From positions 10,108,001 to 10,172,000 of the forward strand of contig CM075994.1 in assembly GCA_038087875.1 (NCBI GenBank): a stretch of DNA of 64,000 nucleotides, given 5' to 3'. Of this stretch, positions 22,547-41,385 are shown one piece after another. Each line of letters opens with the position of its first letter. The stretch's first letter is position 1. This DNA is from Malacoraja senta. Its lineage: Eukaryota. Under the pieces are notes generated by a model. It did no database searches and had not been told where the DNA came from. It worked only from the letters and a program-made list of their open reading frames with translations. A program made the position numbers and the translations under genes.

Positions 22547-25500
22547 TTAAGGTAGACAAAAATGCTGGAGAAACTCAGCGGGTGAGGCAGCATCTATGGA
22601 GCGAAGGAATTGGTGACGTTTTGGATCGAGACCCTTCTTCAGACTGATGGCGGAGGGGCGGTAAGAAGAAAGGAAGAGGCGGAGACAGTGGGCTGTGGGA
22701 GAGCTGGGAAGGGGAGGGGAAAGAGGGAGAAACCAAGGACTAACTGAATTGGAGAAGTCAATGTTTATACCGCTGGGGTGTAAACTACCCAAGCGAAATA
22801 TGAGGTGCTGCTCCTCCAATTTGTGGTGGGACTCACTCTGGCCATGCAGGAGGCCCAGGACAGAAAGGTCAAATTCGGAATGGGAGGGGGAGTTGAAATG
22901 CTGGGCCACCGGGAGATCAGGTTGGTTATTGCGGACTGAGCGGAGGTGTTGGGCGAAGAGATCGCCAAGCCTACCCTTGGTCTCACCGATGTAGAGCAGG
23001 CGACACCTAGAGCAGCAGATGCAATAGATGAGGTTGGAGGAGATGCAGATGAACCTCTGCCTCACCTGGAAAGACGGCTTGGGTCCTTGGATGGAGTCAA
23101 GGGTGGAGGTAAAGCGACAAGCATAGCATTTCCTGCGTTTGCAAGGGAAAGTACCAGGGGAGTGGGTGGTTTGGGTGGGAAGGGACGAATTGACCAGGGA
23201 GTTACGGAGGGAACGTTCCCTGTGGAAAGCTGACAGGGGAGGAGATGGGAAGATGAGGCCAGTGGTGGGATCCCGTTGCAGGTGGCGAAAATGTCGGAGG
23301 ATTATTTGTTGTATGTGACGGCTGGTAGGATGAAGATGAGGACAAGGGGGACTCTGCCCTTGTTACGAGTGGGGGGGTGGGCAGTGAGAGCAGAGTTTCG
23401 GGGGTATAGAAGAGATGTTGGTGAGAGCGTCATCTATAGTAGAGGAGGGGAACCCCCGTTCCCTAAAGAATGAGGATATATCCGATGCCCTGGTTTGGAA
23501 CACCTCAACCTGGAATCCTTACAGGAAGCAGGGTGGGAAGATGTGTAGTCCAGATAGCCATGGGAGTCAGTGGGTTTGTAGTAGATGTCGGTCAGTGGTC
23601 TGTTGCCTGCGATGGAGATAGTGAGGTCTAGCTATGGAAATGGTCCAGGTGAATTTGAATGCCGCATGGAAGTTCGTGGTGAAATGGATGAAGTCAGTGA
23701 GTTGTGTGTGGGTGCAGGAGGTAGCACCAATGCAGTCGTTGATGTAGCAGAAGTAGAGTTCGGGGATAGCACCATGGTACGCTTCGGACATGGAATGTTC
23801 GACATACCCTACAAAGAGGCAGGCATAGCTAGGGCCCATAGCGTGCCCAAAGCTACGCCTTGGATTTGGAGGAAATGGGAGGAGTCAAACGAAAAGTTGT
23901 TGAGGGTAAGGACCAGCTCCGCTAGGCAGAGGAGAGTATCAGTAGACGGGGATTGGTTGATTCTGTGGTCGAGGAAGAAACGGAGGGCTTTGAGAACTTC
24001 CTGGTGGGGGATGGAGGTGTAGAGTGACTGGACATCCATGGTGAAGATGAGGGAATGAGGGCCCGGAAAATAGAAGTCATGGAGGAGACGAAAAGCGTGT
24101 GAGGTGTGTTGGACATAGGTAGGGAGGGATTTAACCAGCGAGGATAGGATGGAGTCGAGGTACGTGGAAATTAATTCGGTGAGACATGAACAAGCAGAAA
24201 CAATGGGTCTGCCAGGACAGTCAGGTTTGTGGATTTTGGGGAGAAGGTAAAATCGGGCCATGTGGGGCTGGGGAACGGTGAGGTTGGAGGCTTGGGAGGG
24301 CTGGGAGCCGGAAGTGATGAAGCCAATGATAGTGTTAGAGATAGTGGCCTGGTGCTCGTCTGTGGGGTCATGGTCCAGGGATAAGTTGGCAGAGGTGCCT
24401 GAGAGTTGGCGACTGGCCTCAGCCTTGTAAAGATCAGTGAGCCAGACTACAACGGCACCTCCCTTGTCGGCAGGTTTGATCACCCAGTCGGGGTTGTTGC
24501 AGAGTGAATGGAGGGTTGTACGTTCAGGGGGGGAGAGGTTAGAGTGAGACGGGAGTGGAGAAGTTGAGGCAGTTGATGTCCCGCCGACAGTTTAAAATAT
24601 AAAGGTCAAGAGCCCGTAGATGGCCATGAGGGGGGTCCAAGAGGAGGGGGTCCGTTGGTGACGGGAGAAAGGGTCATCACTGGGGGGCGACGACTCCTTC
24701 CCATCGAAAAACGCTTGGAAGCGGAGGGGACGGAAGAAGAGCTCCACATCGTGGTGGGCGCGGAACTCATTGAGGTGGGGGCGGAGGGGAACAAAGGTGG
24801 GGCCTCTGCTGAGGACAGACCGTTCGGTATCCGAGAGGGGGAGGTCAGGGTATAGGGTGAACACACGGCAAGGATGGCGGTTGGGGCCGGAGGAAGGCAG
24901 GTGAATGGACGGAGGATGAGGCGATGTCTGGTAGGGGGGTAGTGGGTAGTCAGGGAGGAGGGGGTTATGGGGACTATATTGTGGGTGGGGAGAAGCTAGG
25001 GTCACATGGTACAAAGGGGAAGGGGAAGACCCAGTGGAACAACCACTGAGGTTCCCTGTGTTAGGTGGGGGGGCACTAGGACCCAGCACAGTCAGCCCCG
25101 TGGTGATAGGTGGGGGGCACTAGGACCCAGCACATTCGGCCCCCGTGGTGTTCGGCGACACTAAGACCCAGCACAGTCAGACCCCGTGGTGTTGCTGGTG
25201 GGGGGGGGGGGGGCACTAGGACCCAGCACAGTCAGACCCCGTGGTGTTAGGTGGGGTCACTAGGACCCAGCAGTCAGACCCACGGTGTTGGGGTGGTGGG
25301 AGGGGGAGGGACTAGGACCCAGCACAGTGAGACCCCGTTGAGCTGGGGGGTGGGGCGCACTAGGACCCAGCACATTCAGACACAAAGGTGTAAGGGGGGG
25401 CACTAGGACGCAGCACAGTCAGACCCCGTGGTGATAGGGGGGGGCACTAGGACCCAGCACAGTCGGACCCCGTGGTGATAGGCGGGGGGGGGGGGGGGGG

Positions 25501-26480
25501 GGGGGGGGTGCACTAGGACCCAGCACGTTCAGACTCAAAGGTGTAAGGGGGTGGCACTAGGACCCAGCACAGTCAGACCCCGTGGTGATAGGGGGGGCAC
25601 TAGGACCCAGCACAGTGACCCCACGGTGTTGGGGTGTTGGGGGTGGGGCACTAGGACCCAGCACATTCAGAAACAGGTGTAAGGGGAGGCACTAGGACCC
25701 AGCACAGTCAGACCCTGCGGTGTTGGAGGAGGGGGGGGCACTAGGACCCAGCACAGTCAGACCCCACGGTATTGGGGTGGTGGTTGGGGGGGGGCACTAG
25801 GACCCAGCACAGTCAGAACCCACGGAGTCGCAGGTGGAGACTTCAGTCCCGGTGCTGAGCCTGGGACCCGGGTAAGGCGACGGCAGCGGCCTGCTGGAGG
25901 GCGGTGGAGTGGCGAAGGTCGGTAAAGTCAATGGTGGAGGCCTGCGGGGTCAGCGGTCGAAGCATAGGAGGTCCCGGTCAGCGGAGTGCAGTGACGTGCA
26001 GTGAGGTCAGTGGCTGGGGAGGCACTGGCTAGTATCAGTGGCCCGGCCCCCCCTGTACTGATCACCGCGTCTCCCCGGGGAGAGAGAGTGGTGGACCCGG
26101 GGCTGCGTGCCTGAAGCACGGCGATTGGAGGGGCGGGAGCGTTGCCCTGGGACCGTGAGGGAACGATCCACCTCCCCCTCTCCCCCTTCTCCATTCCCCC
26201 TCACACCCCCCCTCCCCGTCTACCCCTTGCTTCCCCCTCCACCCGTCTGCTCTCTCTCTACCCCTCTCCGCCCTCTACCCGGGTGTAGATCTACCAGAGC
26301 CGAGAGTACATTACTCCAGCGCGGGGCTCCCAAATTGGGAGCTCTCAGCAGCCCAGAGCCTCCGAATCGGCCGCTACAAATCAACGAATCAACCTACCTA
26401 CCAGAGTCACCCGCGGCCGGAAAGTCAGCACCGCCAGCGGTGGAATCCAGTGCTGCGCCGCCGCTGCTGAAACTAGGTAA
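22547..26480 (-). mobile_element. Long degraded Penelope-like (Neptune-type) retroelement
   Basis: IKPADKGGAVVV, FYLLPKIHKPDCPGRPIVS, MDVQSLYTSIPH, MGPSYACLFVG, YINDCIG (RT) and NLIYCICCSRCRLLYIGETK (GIY-YIG), across several frameshifts. 5' boundary uncertain. Confidence 0.85.
25060..25825. repeat. G-rich minisatellite, ~16 units of ~40-55 bp, inside the Penelope 5' region
   Basis: Recurrent core GCACTAGGACCCAGCACAGTCAGACCCCGTGGTG followed by variable G-tracts. Confidence 0.9.
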
Positions 26481-26484
26481 CGTG

Positions 26485-27054
26485 GAGGGAGAGTGAGGCA
26501 GCGTCAATTACGTGGGCTGAGCCAATGTTCCGTCGGTTGAGCTCTCCCTCCACTGGGCTCAAGACACACCCCGTCAGAGAGACATGTGATCGCTGCCTCC
26601 CCTGGTGCTTTTTCATTGCAGTTTTATAACAAGACCATCGAGCCTAAATTTAATATCTTTATACGTGAAATAAGTTACCCGGACTATGGAAGGTGAGGAC
26701 ATGTAATGAAGGGGTTTACAAACATTACATTGGTGACACACAGAGAGATAGTAACGGGCACACGCTTATTGCCCGCGCTCCATGCAGTTTCTGAGGTGTT
26801 GCGCAAACAGATGGGAGGCTCAGCTGGTCGCTGCCTCACCCCTCATCTCTCCATGTATTTGCAGCGGAGCTGCGCATATTTTGCGATTTTGACTATAAAA
26901 ATTGATTCGATTCATAAAGCAATGACATAACTCAGATCAGTGGAAAAATCTTTATATTTATTATATTTTATAATTTTTCTTTACTTTTCTGAACAGCTAT
27001 TTTCATTGGGAGTATGACAGGCGAGGCTCTGCCTCCCATGACCGCACGACCCTG
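26485..27054. mobile_element. Putative non-autonomous DNA transposon remnant replacing the 3' end of TRIM B
   Basis: Abrupt junction after ...SAPG; the minus strand begins CAGGGTCGTGCGGTCATGGGAGGCAGAGCCTCGCC; GAGGCAG/CTGCCTC motifs recur inside. A matching second TIR was not found. Confidence 0.35.
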
Positions 27055-32885
<5,831 letters not shown>

Positions 32886-34593
32886 TCACTGACGTGGAGC
32901 AGCTGGATATGGGCGGTCACGTGACCGTCACGGTGGCGCAGCTGTAGAGTTCCTGCCAGCGAATGCAGCGCTGGAGACGCGGGTTCGATCCTGACTACAG
33001 GTGCTGTCTCCCCGTGATGTGCGTGGGTTTTCTCCGAGATCGATTTCCCCCCCACACTCCAAGGCTTGGTAAATGTTTAAAAAATGGCTTGGTAAATGTA
33101 AAAAATGTCCCTAGTTGGTGTAGGATAGTGTTAATGTCTGGGTCAAGTCAAGTCAGGTCACATTTATTTATATAGCACATTTGTTATAAGAATAGCACAA
33201 ACAAAACAAACTACATACATATATACATGTAGCCCTCACTCGGGAAAGGCTTGGGAGTATAGATACGTCTTTAGTCTTGACTTAAAAGAGTCGATGGACC
33301 GAAGGCCCCTGTTTGCGCGCTGTATCTCCAAACTGCATTAAACTCAACCCCTGCAGTACCGTGTCGCTGCGCCCGCTACCGTCCCGGGCAGTGAATGCTG
33401 TTTGGCTGCTAGTGTTCAATGTGAAGATGTCCTGGCCGCTTCCTAATCATCTCACACGAGGGAGGGGTAGATTGGACATTAAACTGGCCTGAATATGGAC
33501 GAGAATGATTAAGGCAGGACAGAAAGGGACGGGGCCCGGCGGTAAGGAAACCTCGGGTGTAACCTGAGGAGGCGTTGCACCTGTTGGGCAGTGGAACCCG
33601 CCCGGGTTCACAGCCCGGGATCAGGATGGACGGAGACCTCCCTCCGCCCTTATTTTATTCCACAACAGTGCACCTGTCTCTCATGCAGCAGTCTTCGGGG
33701 CAATCTATGTTTGCGTGTATAGTTTAAAGGATATTATATGGCCGTCTAACATTCATTGCAGTTTGCAAAGGTTCACATTGTCTGCTGATCAGTTTAGTTT
33801 AGTTTAGTTTAGTTTCGAGATACAGCGAAAAAACAGGCCCTTCGGCCCACCGAGTCTGGATCGCTGGTCGGTGTGATCAGCGATCCCCGCATATTAACGG
33901 TAGACAAAAGTGCTGGAGAAACTCAGCGGATGAAGCAGCATCCATGGAGCCAAGGAATTAGGTGACGTGGCGGTAAGAGCGTGGGGCGATTGTAATATGT
34001 GATTGTAGATCTGCATCGCACGCAAATAGACGCCGTGGTTGGGCGCCATCTCGGAAGCATTAGCGGCAAGAATGACCTGCAGGGGCGGAGGAACGAGCTG
34101 CCTGGGGAGTTGCAGCGCCAGAGACCCGGGTTCGATCCCGACTACGGGTGTTCAACCCCGTAACAGCGTGGGTTTATTCCGAGATCTTCGGTTTCCTCCC
34201 ACACTCTAATGATGTACAGCTATGTAGGTTAATTGGCTTGGTGTATGTGTACAATTGTGCGTAGTGTGTGCAGGACAGTGTTAATAATCAGCCTGACGAA
34301 GGTCTCGACCCGAAACCTGATCTATTCCTTCGCTCCATAGATGCTGCCTCATCCGCTGAGTTTCCCCAGCACTTTCGTCTACCGTTAATATGCGGGGATC
34401 GCTGATCGCATCGACCAGCAATCAGGACACAGTGGGCCGAAGGGCCTGTTTTCGCGGTGCATCTCTAAACTAAACTAAACTAAACTGATTAGCAGACAAA
34501 GTGAACCTTTGCAAACTGCAATGAATGTTAGAGGGTCATATAATATCTTTTAAACAATACACACAAACATAGATTGCCCGCAGACTGCTGCAT

Positions 34594-35112
34594 GACCCAA
34601 GCAGTCGTTCCAGGTGAGGCAGAGGTTCACCTGCACATCCTCCAACCTCATCTATTGCATCCGCTGCTCTAGGTATCAGCTGCTCTACATCGGTGAGACC
34701 AAGCGCAGGCTTGGCGATCGCTTCACGGAACACCTCCGCTCGGTCCGCATTTAACCAACCTGATCTCACGGTGGCTCAGCACTTCAACTCCCCCTCCCAT
34801 TCCGAATCCGACCTCTCTGTCCTGGGCCTCCTCCATGGCCAGAGTGAGCACCACCGGAAATTGGAGGAGGAGCACCTCATATTCCGTTTGGGCAGCCTGC
34901 ACCCCAGCGGCTTGAACATTGACTTCTCCAATTTCCGGTAGCCCTTGCTGTCTCCTCCCCTTCTCAGCTCTCCCTCAGCCCTCCTCTTCCTTTCTTCTTC
35001 CCGCCCCCACCCTGCATCAGTCTGAAGAAGGGTTTCGGCCCGAAATGCTGCCTATTTCCTTCGCTCCATTGATGCTGCCGCACCCGCTGAGTTTCTCCAG
35101 CATTTTTGTCTA
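34594..35112 (+). mobile_element. Penelope-like element 3' fragment upstream of TRIM C
   Basis: GIY-YIG tail; flanked by CTGCTGCATGA / CTGCTCCATGA; the site is empty in paralogous promoters (e.g. ~10062, ~48753). Confidence 0.85.
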
Positions 35113-35792
35113 CTGCTCCATGAGAGACAGGTGCACTTGTTGTGGATTACAACAAGTGCACCTTGTTGTAAGAGGGAGGTCTCCGTCCATCCTGATCCTG
35201 GGCTGTGAACGGAGATGCGGGCGGCTGGTTCCACTGCCCAACAGGTGCAACGCCTCCTCAGGTTACACCCGAGGCTTCCTTAACGCCGGGCCCCGTCCCT
35301 TTTTGTCCTGCCTTAGTATTTCACGTCCATATATCAGGCCAGTTTAATGTCCAATCTACCCCTCCCTCGTGTGAGATGAGCTGGAAGCGGCCAGGACATC
35401 TTCACACTGTACACTTGCAGACAAATAGCATCCATTGCCCGGCAGGGTAGCGGGCGCAGCGACACGGTTTAGGGGTTGGGTTTAATTTAGTTGAGAGATA
35501 CAGCGCGCAAACAGGCCCTTCGGCCCACCGGATCCTCGCCCACAAGCGATCCCCGGACATTAACACTATCCTACACCCACTATGGACATTTTTTACATTT
35601 ACCAAGCCATTTTGTAACATTTACCAAAAATTGGAGTGTGGGGGGAAACCGAAGAACTCGGAGAAAACCCCGGAGATCACAGGGAGATCGTACAAACTCC
35701 GTAGAGACAGCACCCGTAGTCAGGATCGAACCCGGGTCTCTGGGGCGCTGCATTCGCTGTAAGGCAGCAACTCTACCGCTGCGCCACCGTGA

Positions 35793-35856
35793 CGGTCACG
35801 TGACCGCCCATATTCAGCAGCCCCACGTCAGTGAAAACATTTTGAACCAGGAAGTG
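35793..35856 (+). promoter_or_regulatory. TRIM proximal promoter motifs: palindromic E-box GGTCACGTGACC, CACGTCA and ETS-like CAGGAAG
   Basis: CGGTCACGTGACCG at 35793-35806; equivalents in copy B (~32914-32927) and copy D (49386-49397), 60-80 bp upstream of each ATG. Confidence 0.5.
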
Positions 35857-35867
35857 GCGGATTTAAA

Positions 35868-38182
35868 ATGGCTTCGAAACACCAGGTCGAGAGTTTTTGC
35901 AGGGTTAGTGATGAATCCAAACCAATGTTGGTTGTAGATGGCGCGCTGCCCATTGAAAAGTATGATCGCACCTTTTTCTACAACGTGGCATTGAGAGAAA
36001 CATCTGATATCATCAACCGAGGTAAAACTAATACCTTTTGCATTTTTTTTTAAAGACATCTTTATGCAATACTTATATGTGAAGATTAATGTTATTAATG
36101 GACTCTGGGGAAAGTATCACAGAGGCAAAGAGCGAAGTTTGATTGCACTTGAATAAATCCTTGTTCCTGGGAGAATCGGTTTGCTGTGCTGGGTGAAATT
36201 GCGTAGACTGGGCTTGTGTGCACAAGAGTTCAGGTGTATTAGAGGAGATCTCAGTGAAACACAAAGTCCTTGCAGAGCTCAGTGGGCTGGATGCAGGGAG
36301 GATGTTTCCCCTGCCTGAGTGGTCTGGAGCCAGCGGACACACTCTCAGAATGTGGGCTGGACCATTCAGGACAGAGACAAGGAGACATGACTGCACGCAG
36401 AGACTGGGCAACCTTTGGAATTCCCTGCACTGGTGGCTGTGGATAATCAGTCATGCAATGCTCTTGGAGCCAGCGAGCCATGGCTGTACATTACAGAGTC
36501 AGGCCCTTCGGCCCATCGCGTCCATGTCCACCTTTTTTCCCAGCCACACAAATCCAATTTTGCCACATTAGATCCGTATTATTCTACACCTCGTTTGCTA
36601 AATCGCAATGCCTCTTAGATGTAGTGATTACATCTGATTCCACCACCTCCTCTGGCAAAATATTCCAGGTAATTACAACTCTTTGCGTGAAGAAAACTGC
36701 ATCCTCCAGTATTGATATCGCTGCATGACAATAAGGTTTTGATGATCCAGCCTATATCCTGCTGCAGACTTTGACAGACTTCCTTGGTATCCACAACATT
36801 ACCCGTTCCCCACAAACTTAGTAGTCACACCTCCTACATTCACATCCAAGCCATGAAAACATAAAATAAACAGCAAAGGTTGCAGCACCGATCCCTGCTG
36901 CACACCACCAGTCACAGTCCTCCAGGCAGAAAAATCATCCTTCTACCGCTACCTTCTACCTCCAACCACCAAGCCAATTGTAGGTCCATTTTACCAACTC
37001 GTGTTGGCTCCCACCTGCCTTCGCTTTCTGGACCAGCCTTACATGCAAAACATTGTCAAGTCCCCCAGTGAAGTTCATATATTGCTTCACAATGAGATCA
37101 GAATGTTCTTGGTTGTGCAGACGCATCAAACCCACCCTCCGCTATAGGTAGCAAGTAAACAGTAGCAGATTGCCTCGCCCGTCCAGTCCACTCCCGTTCA
37201 GTATGATCACGGCAACTCCACCCGGCATCTCTACATCCTCTTTAACTACCTCAAATTACCACTCACATCCGCATCCTCATCTTCCAATCTGCCTCTCCCT
37301 CGCCATCTACTGGCAAGATATTTAAATGCCCGCCTTATTTCTCCATCTCCACCCGCAATGTCTCGTTCATCCTCACTTTACGCATTCGTTTTCCCCGTCC
37401 GCACGCCTCGCCCCATCCCGTTCCCGATAACACGCAGAATTCCCCCTCTCCTGCCCGGTTGACAAACACCCGGAAAGATGTCTGCTGTCCATTCGGTGTG
37501 GTTGGTGTGAAACCCCGGGCAAGGTGTCAGTTATCCGCCCGCCTGTGCCTGAGGCCGAGCGGCTTCTCCCCCGGTCCCGGGGCCGCGCTGCCCGAGTCTC
37601 CCCCCCCCCCCAACACCGACCCCCGGGGACTGACTCTCTGATTCTCTGCTTCTCCCCCCAGTCTCCGTCACCCTGGATGTGGAAACAGCGCATCCGCTGC
37701 TCGAGGTGTCTGAGGATCGGAAGAGGGTGAGACGGACTGGGACCCGGAGGAGTCTCCCTGACACCGGGAAGAGGTTTACATACTGGGAGTGTGTGCTGGG
37801 ATCGGAGGGATTCACATCGGGGAGACATTACTGGGAGGTGGTGGTGGCGGGGAGTTGGTACTGGTGTCTGGGAGTCGCCGCAGTGTCTGTGGAGAGGAAA
37901 GGAGAGGACGAGCTGACCCCGGAGACTGGAGTCTGGAGCATCTGGCGGTGCAGTGACAAGTTTGATGCACTCCCCTCCCCTCTCCCCGCCCGTCCCATCC
38001 CCGGGAGGATGGGAGTTTATCTCAGTTACGAGTCCGGGACAGTTTCATTTTACGATGCGGACACCAAGACCCATCTCCACACCTTCACTGGGAATAAATT
38101 CATGGAGAAACTTTATCCTTTCTTCGAGACTTATGAAGACCAGTGGCTGAGAATCTGCTCCGGTTCCGCTCCGGGTGTGTAA
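35868..38182 (+). CDS. TRIM copy C: two-exon B30.2-only derivative lacking RING, B-box and coiled-coil (predicted 224 aa); could alternatively be a pseudogene
   Basis: Exon 35868-36021 is the first ~29 nt of exon 1 fused in frame to the intron-4 end and exon 5 ([28 protein letters not shown]...DIINR|gtaaaa). Exon 37662-38182 is an open B30.2 frame ending GV*. Confidence 0.65.
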
Positions 38183-41100
38183 AAGGGTCGGGTCCCGGGA
38201 CCGGAGTCACGAGCGGGGTTCAGGGGCTGTGGGGCAGAAACCCGGTGGACAACAGGTCGGCGCTGAACGGCTCCCATTTAATCCCCAAATTCCGCGTCGG
38301 GAAACCCCAGTGAGCGCGGAAATAAAACCAGGGGAAATGTAAACGTGGGAAGAGTGAAATAAACAGCAACTGAAATCAGAGCTGTCTGTCGATCCGTTCA
38401 TTTTAACGCATTAACCGCGTCCGGCAACGGAACAGAAATAACTTTTGTGAAAATATAAAGACTGAAACAATCTCCCTTCCCGCTGGTTCAGCAGCAGCCG
38501 CGGGCGGCGGTTCCTGAGCTCCGGGCTCCCCCGGGTCCTAATGTCCGCCATCTAAATGAAACTATTGCCTGTTTTCAGCATTTCTTCTCCACACAACAGA
38601 TTCGTTTTCTTCGAAACGGATCTTTGGAAGAATGGGCTCAAACCGAGTTCCCGGTTCCAGGTGGGAGCCCGTTGTGCTCAGGCTCTGCCTGTCTCTCTGT
38701 AGGATACGTAGATCATTCCTTCTTTCAGTCGCCGCCAGACCCCTCCCTCACCTCTCTCTCAGGCACATCATGTCTGTATCGGTGCTGCTTCCTGCTCTCA
38801 TTCACCGCTTTAACGCTTCATCTCCCTCCCTGCCAATCTCCAACCTGCTCCCACTTTCCTCTGCTCGAGCCCCGACTCTTCCCTTCGCTTTCTCGCCGTC
38901 TCGAGAAAACCTCGAGTGACCAAAGTCCATTCCAAGCCCGCGGACGCCAGCGACTACTTCGTCTATCCACGATCCCTGTTTGGGCATCGGAAATTGAATA
39001 TTACCTCCAAGATCGAGTGCCTACAACAACAACCCGCTTACATTTACACAATGTCCTCGCATCTCTTTTAGACACCACAACGTGCTTTACTAGTGGAATT
39101 CTCTTTGAAGTGCAGCCAGGAATGGCAACTGAAATACAGGAGTCAATTTGCAGACAGGAACATTCACAGAAAAAGTTTAAAAGCAAGCTATACTGTCCAA
39201 AGAGATTTGGGTTTATTTCAATTGGAGTATTAGAAGCACCAAGCACATAATTCAAATAAACACAATCTTTCTATTCGGTTCTTGCGAATTTTACTGGTTG
39301 TGCGAATTATCCAACTGCAACAATAGGGTATTAAATGTATCTGTTGTATTAATCTACTGACCTACAATATTGTAAGTGGGTTTGATTTCAATGACCCAAC
39401 GCCTTTTTACATGTTTTCCTCTCTGATTATCTGCCTGTTTCTTTCCTTTTTTCACCCAATCCACCAGGTGAAACTTAAATCACCGCCCTCAGCCCAAGAG
39501 AGAGAAATAGTCATGAGTTGTTAATTGTCATCTGTACCGAGGCGGAGTAATGAAATTCTTACTAGTCCTTAATCTGAGCTTGCATCTATATCACTCCTCA
39601 CAACGTCTCCTCCTTATATTGCGGGAAACACTTCTCTTCCTGGCTCCAATGTTAGTAAATAATCCTCACTCCTCATTCAAGGAATGTTGCCAGTCCATGC
39701 CCCATGTCCGTAATCTTCGAGATTTGTAATCAGCATTCCCAACGCCCAACAAAGTGTGTTGCAAAATCTCTGACTCAGGCGTTTTTGCTTGAGCCCAGAC
39801 CTCTGTTGTGTGAGTGGACAAAGCTGAGATAGTCAAGTGGGCTTGGGATGGGTCCGCAGTTGGTCAGGCAAGATCTGCAGAGAGAGGACATGAGTTCGCA
39901 TTCCGAGTCTCTGGTCGAAATTTGCCCTGAACCTGTCAGTCCCGCTGCACATAAAACACGCACTGTTATTGATGTTGTTGGGAATATGAGGCACTGTTCC
40001 TCCAGTTTGTGTATGGCCTCACTCTGGCAACGGAGAGGCCCCAAGGCAGAAAGGTCAACGTGGGAATGGGAAGAGGAGTAAAAATTGTTGGCATCCGGCA
40101 TCCCTTGGCGGACCGAGTGCAAGTGTTCAGCGAAATGGTCGGCGATTCTGGACTTTCACAAGAATATGCACCAGGCGTCACCAGGAATACAGGATGCAGT
40201 AGATGAGGTGACCGTGAACCTCTGTCTCATTTGGAAGGACGGCTGTGATCCCTGGATGGAGGTGAGGTGGTAGGTACTATAAATGCAGTCAGTTCAGTTG
40301 TTCAGTTTAGTTTATTGTCACGTGTACCGAGCTACAGTGAAAAGCTCTTGTTGCGTGCTATCCAGTTAGCAGAAAATCAAGCCATTTCCAGTGTATAGTT
40401 ATATGATAAGGGAAGGACGTTTAGTGCAAGGTCAAGCCGGCAAAGTCCGATCAAGTACAGTCTGAGTGTCACCAAAGAGGTAGATAGTAGTTCAGCACTG
40501 CTCATCAGGTGCAGGAATAGGCCATTCGGCCCTTCGAGAGAGCGCCGCCATTTAATATGATCATGGCTGATCATCCAAAATCAGTACCCTGTTCCTGCTT
40601 TCTCCCCATATCCCTTGATTCCGTTAACCCTAAGACCTATATTTAACTCTCTCTTGAATACACTCAGTGAATTGGCCTCTGCTGCCTTTTGTGGGTGAAA
40701 ACATTCTCCCTCATCTCTGTGCTATATGCCCTACCCCTTATTCTTAGATTGTGAGCCCTGGTTCTGGTTCATCGGGAAAAAAATTCCTGCATCTAGCCTG
40801 TCCAATCCGCTAAAATAAATATATATTCTATAAAATACCCTCTCATCCTTCCAAATTCCTGTGAATATTAGCCCAGTCGATCCATTCTCGATAACACGTT
40901 CACTAACACTATCCTACATACAAGGGACAATTGTCTTAACCAATGTTAGTCTCATCTCAAACTGACTAACCATTAGAACTGAGATGAGGACAAACATTTT
41001 CATCGGGAGAGTTGAGTGAATTTGTGGAATTATCTTCCTCGGAAGGCAATGGAGGCCGATTCACTGGATAGAGCTCTTAGGGCTCGAGGAATCAAGGGAT

Positions 41101-41385
41101 ATGGAGAGAAGGCAGGAACGTGGTACTGATTGTGGATGATCAGCCATGATCAGATTGAATGGCAGTGATGTCTCCAAGGGCCGAATGGCCTAATCCTGCA
41201 TCTATTTTCTATATGTCTATGTACCCATGTCACCGACACACACATCCAAATCGTTTACATTAAAAAAGGTCAACAGTTGAGACAGCACTGAGCTCTGCGG
41301 CAAACCATCTGCCGACTGTCTCCATTCTGAGGATCAGATCTCTACCATCGCCCTCGGAATCCGACCTTCAGACGAATTATGTATC
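37676..41385 (+). repeat. Segmental duplication unit (B30.2 exon + 3' flank), repeated at 54996-58606
   Basis: Colinear similarity over ~3.6 kb, including shared old repeat remnants. Confidence 0.9.

Noticed and set aside
25060..25825. CRISPR-like look of the repeat arrays here and at 7095-7705
   Set aside because: Sequences between cores are related to each other rather than unique spacers; vertebrate context; no cas genes.
38624..39250. 208-aa ORF downstream of TRIM C
   Set aside because: Resembles a decayed Penelope RT remnant (SACLSVGYV); frame not conserved in the duplicate at 55882-56366.
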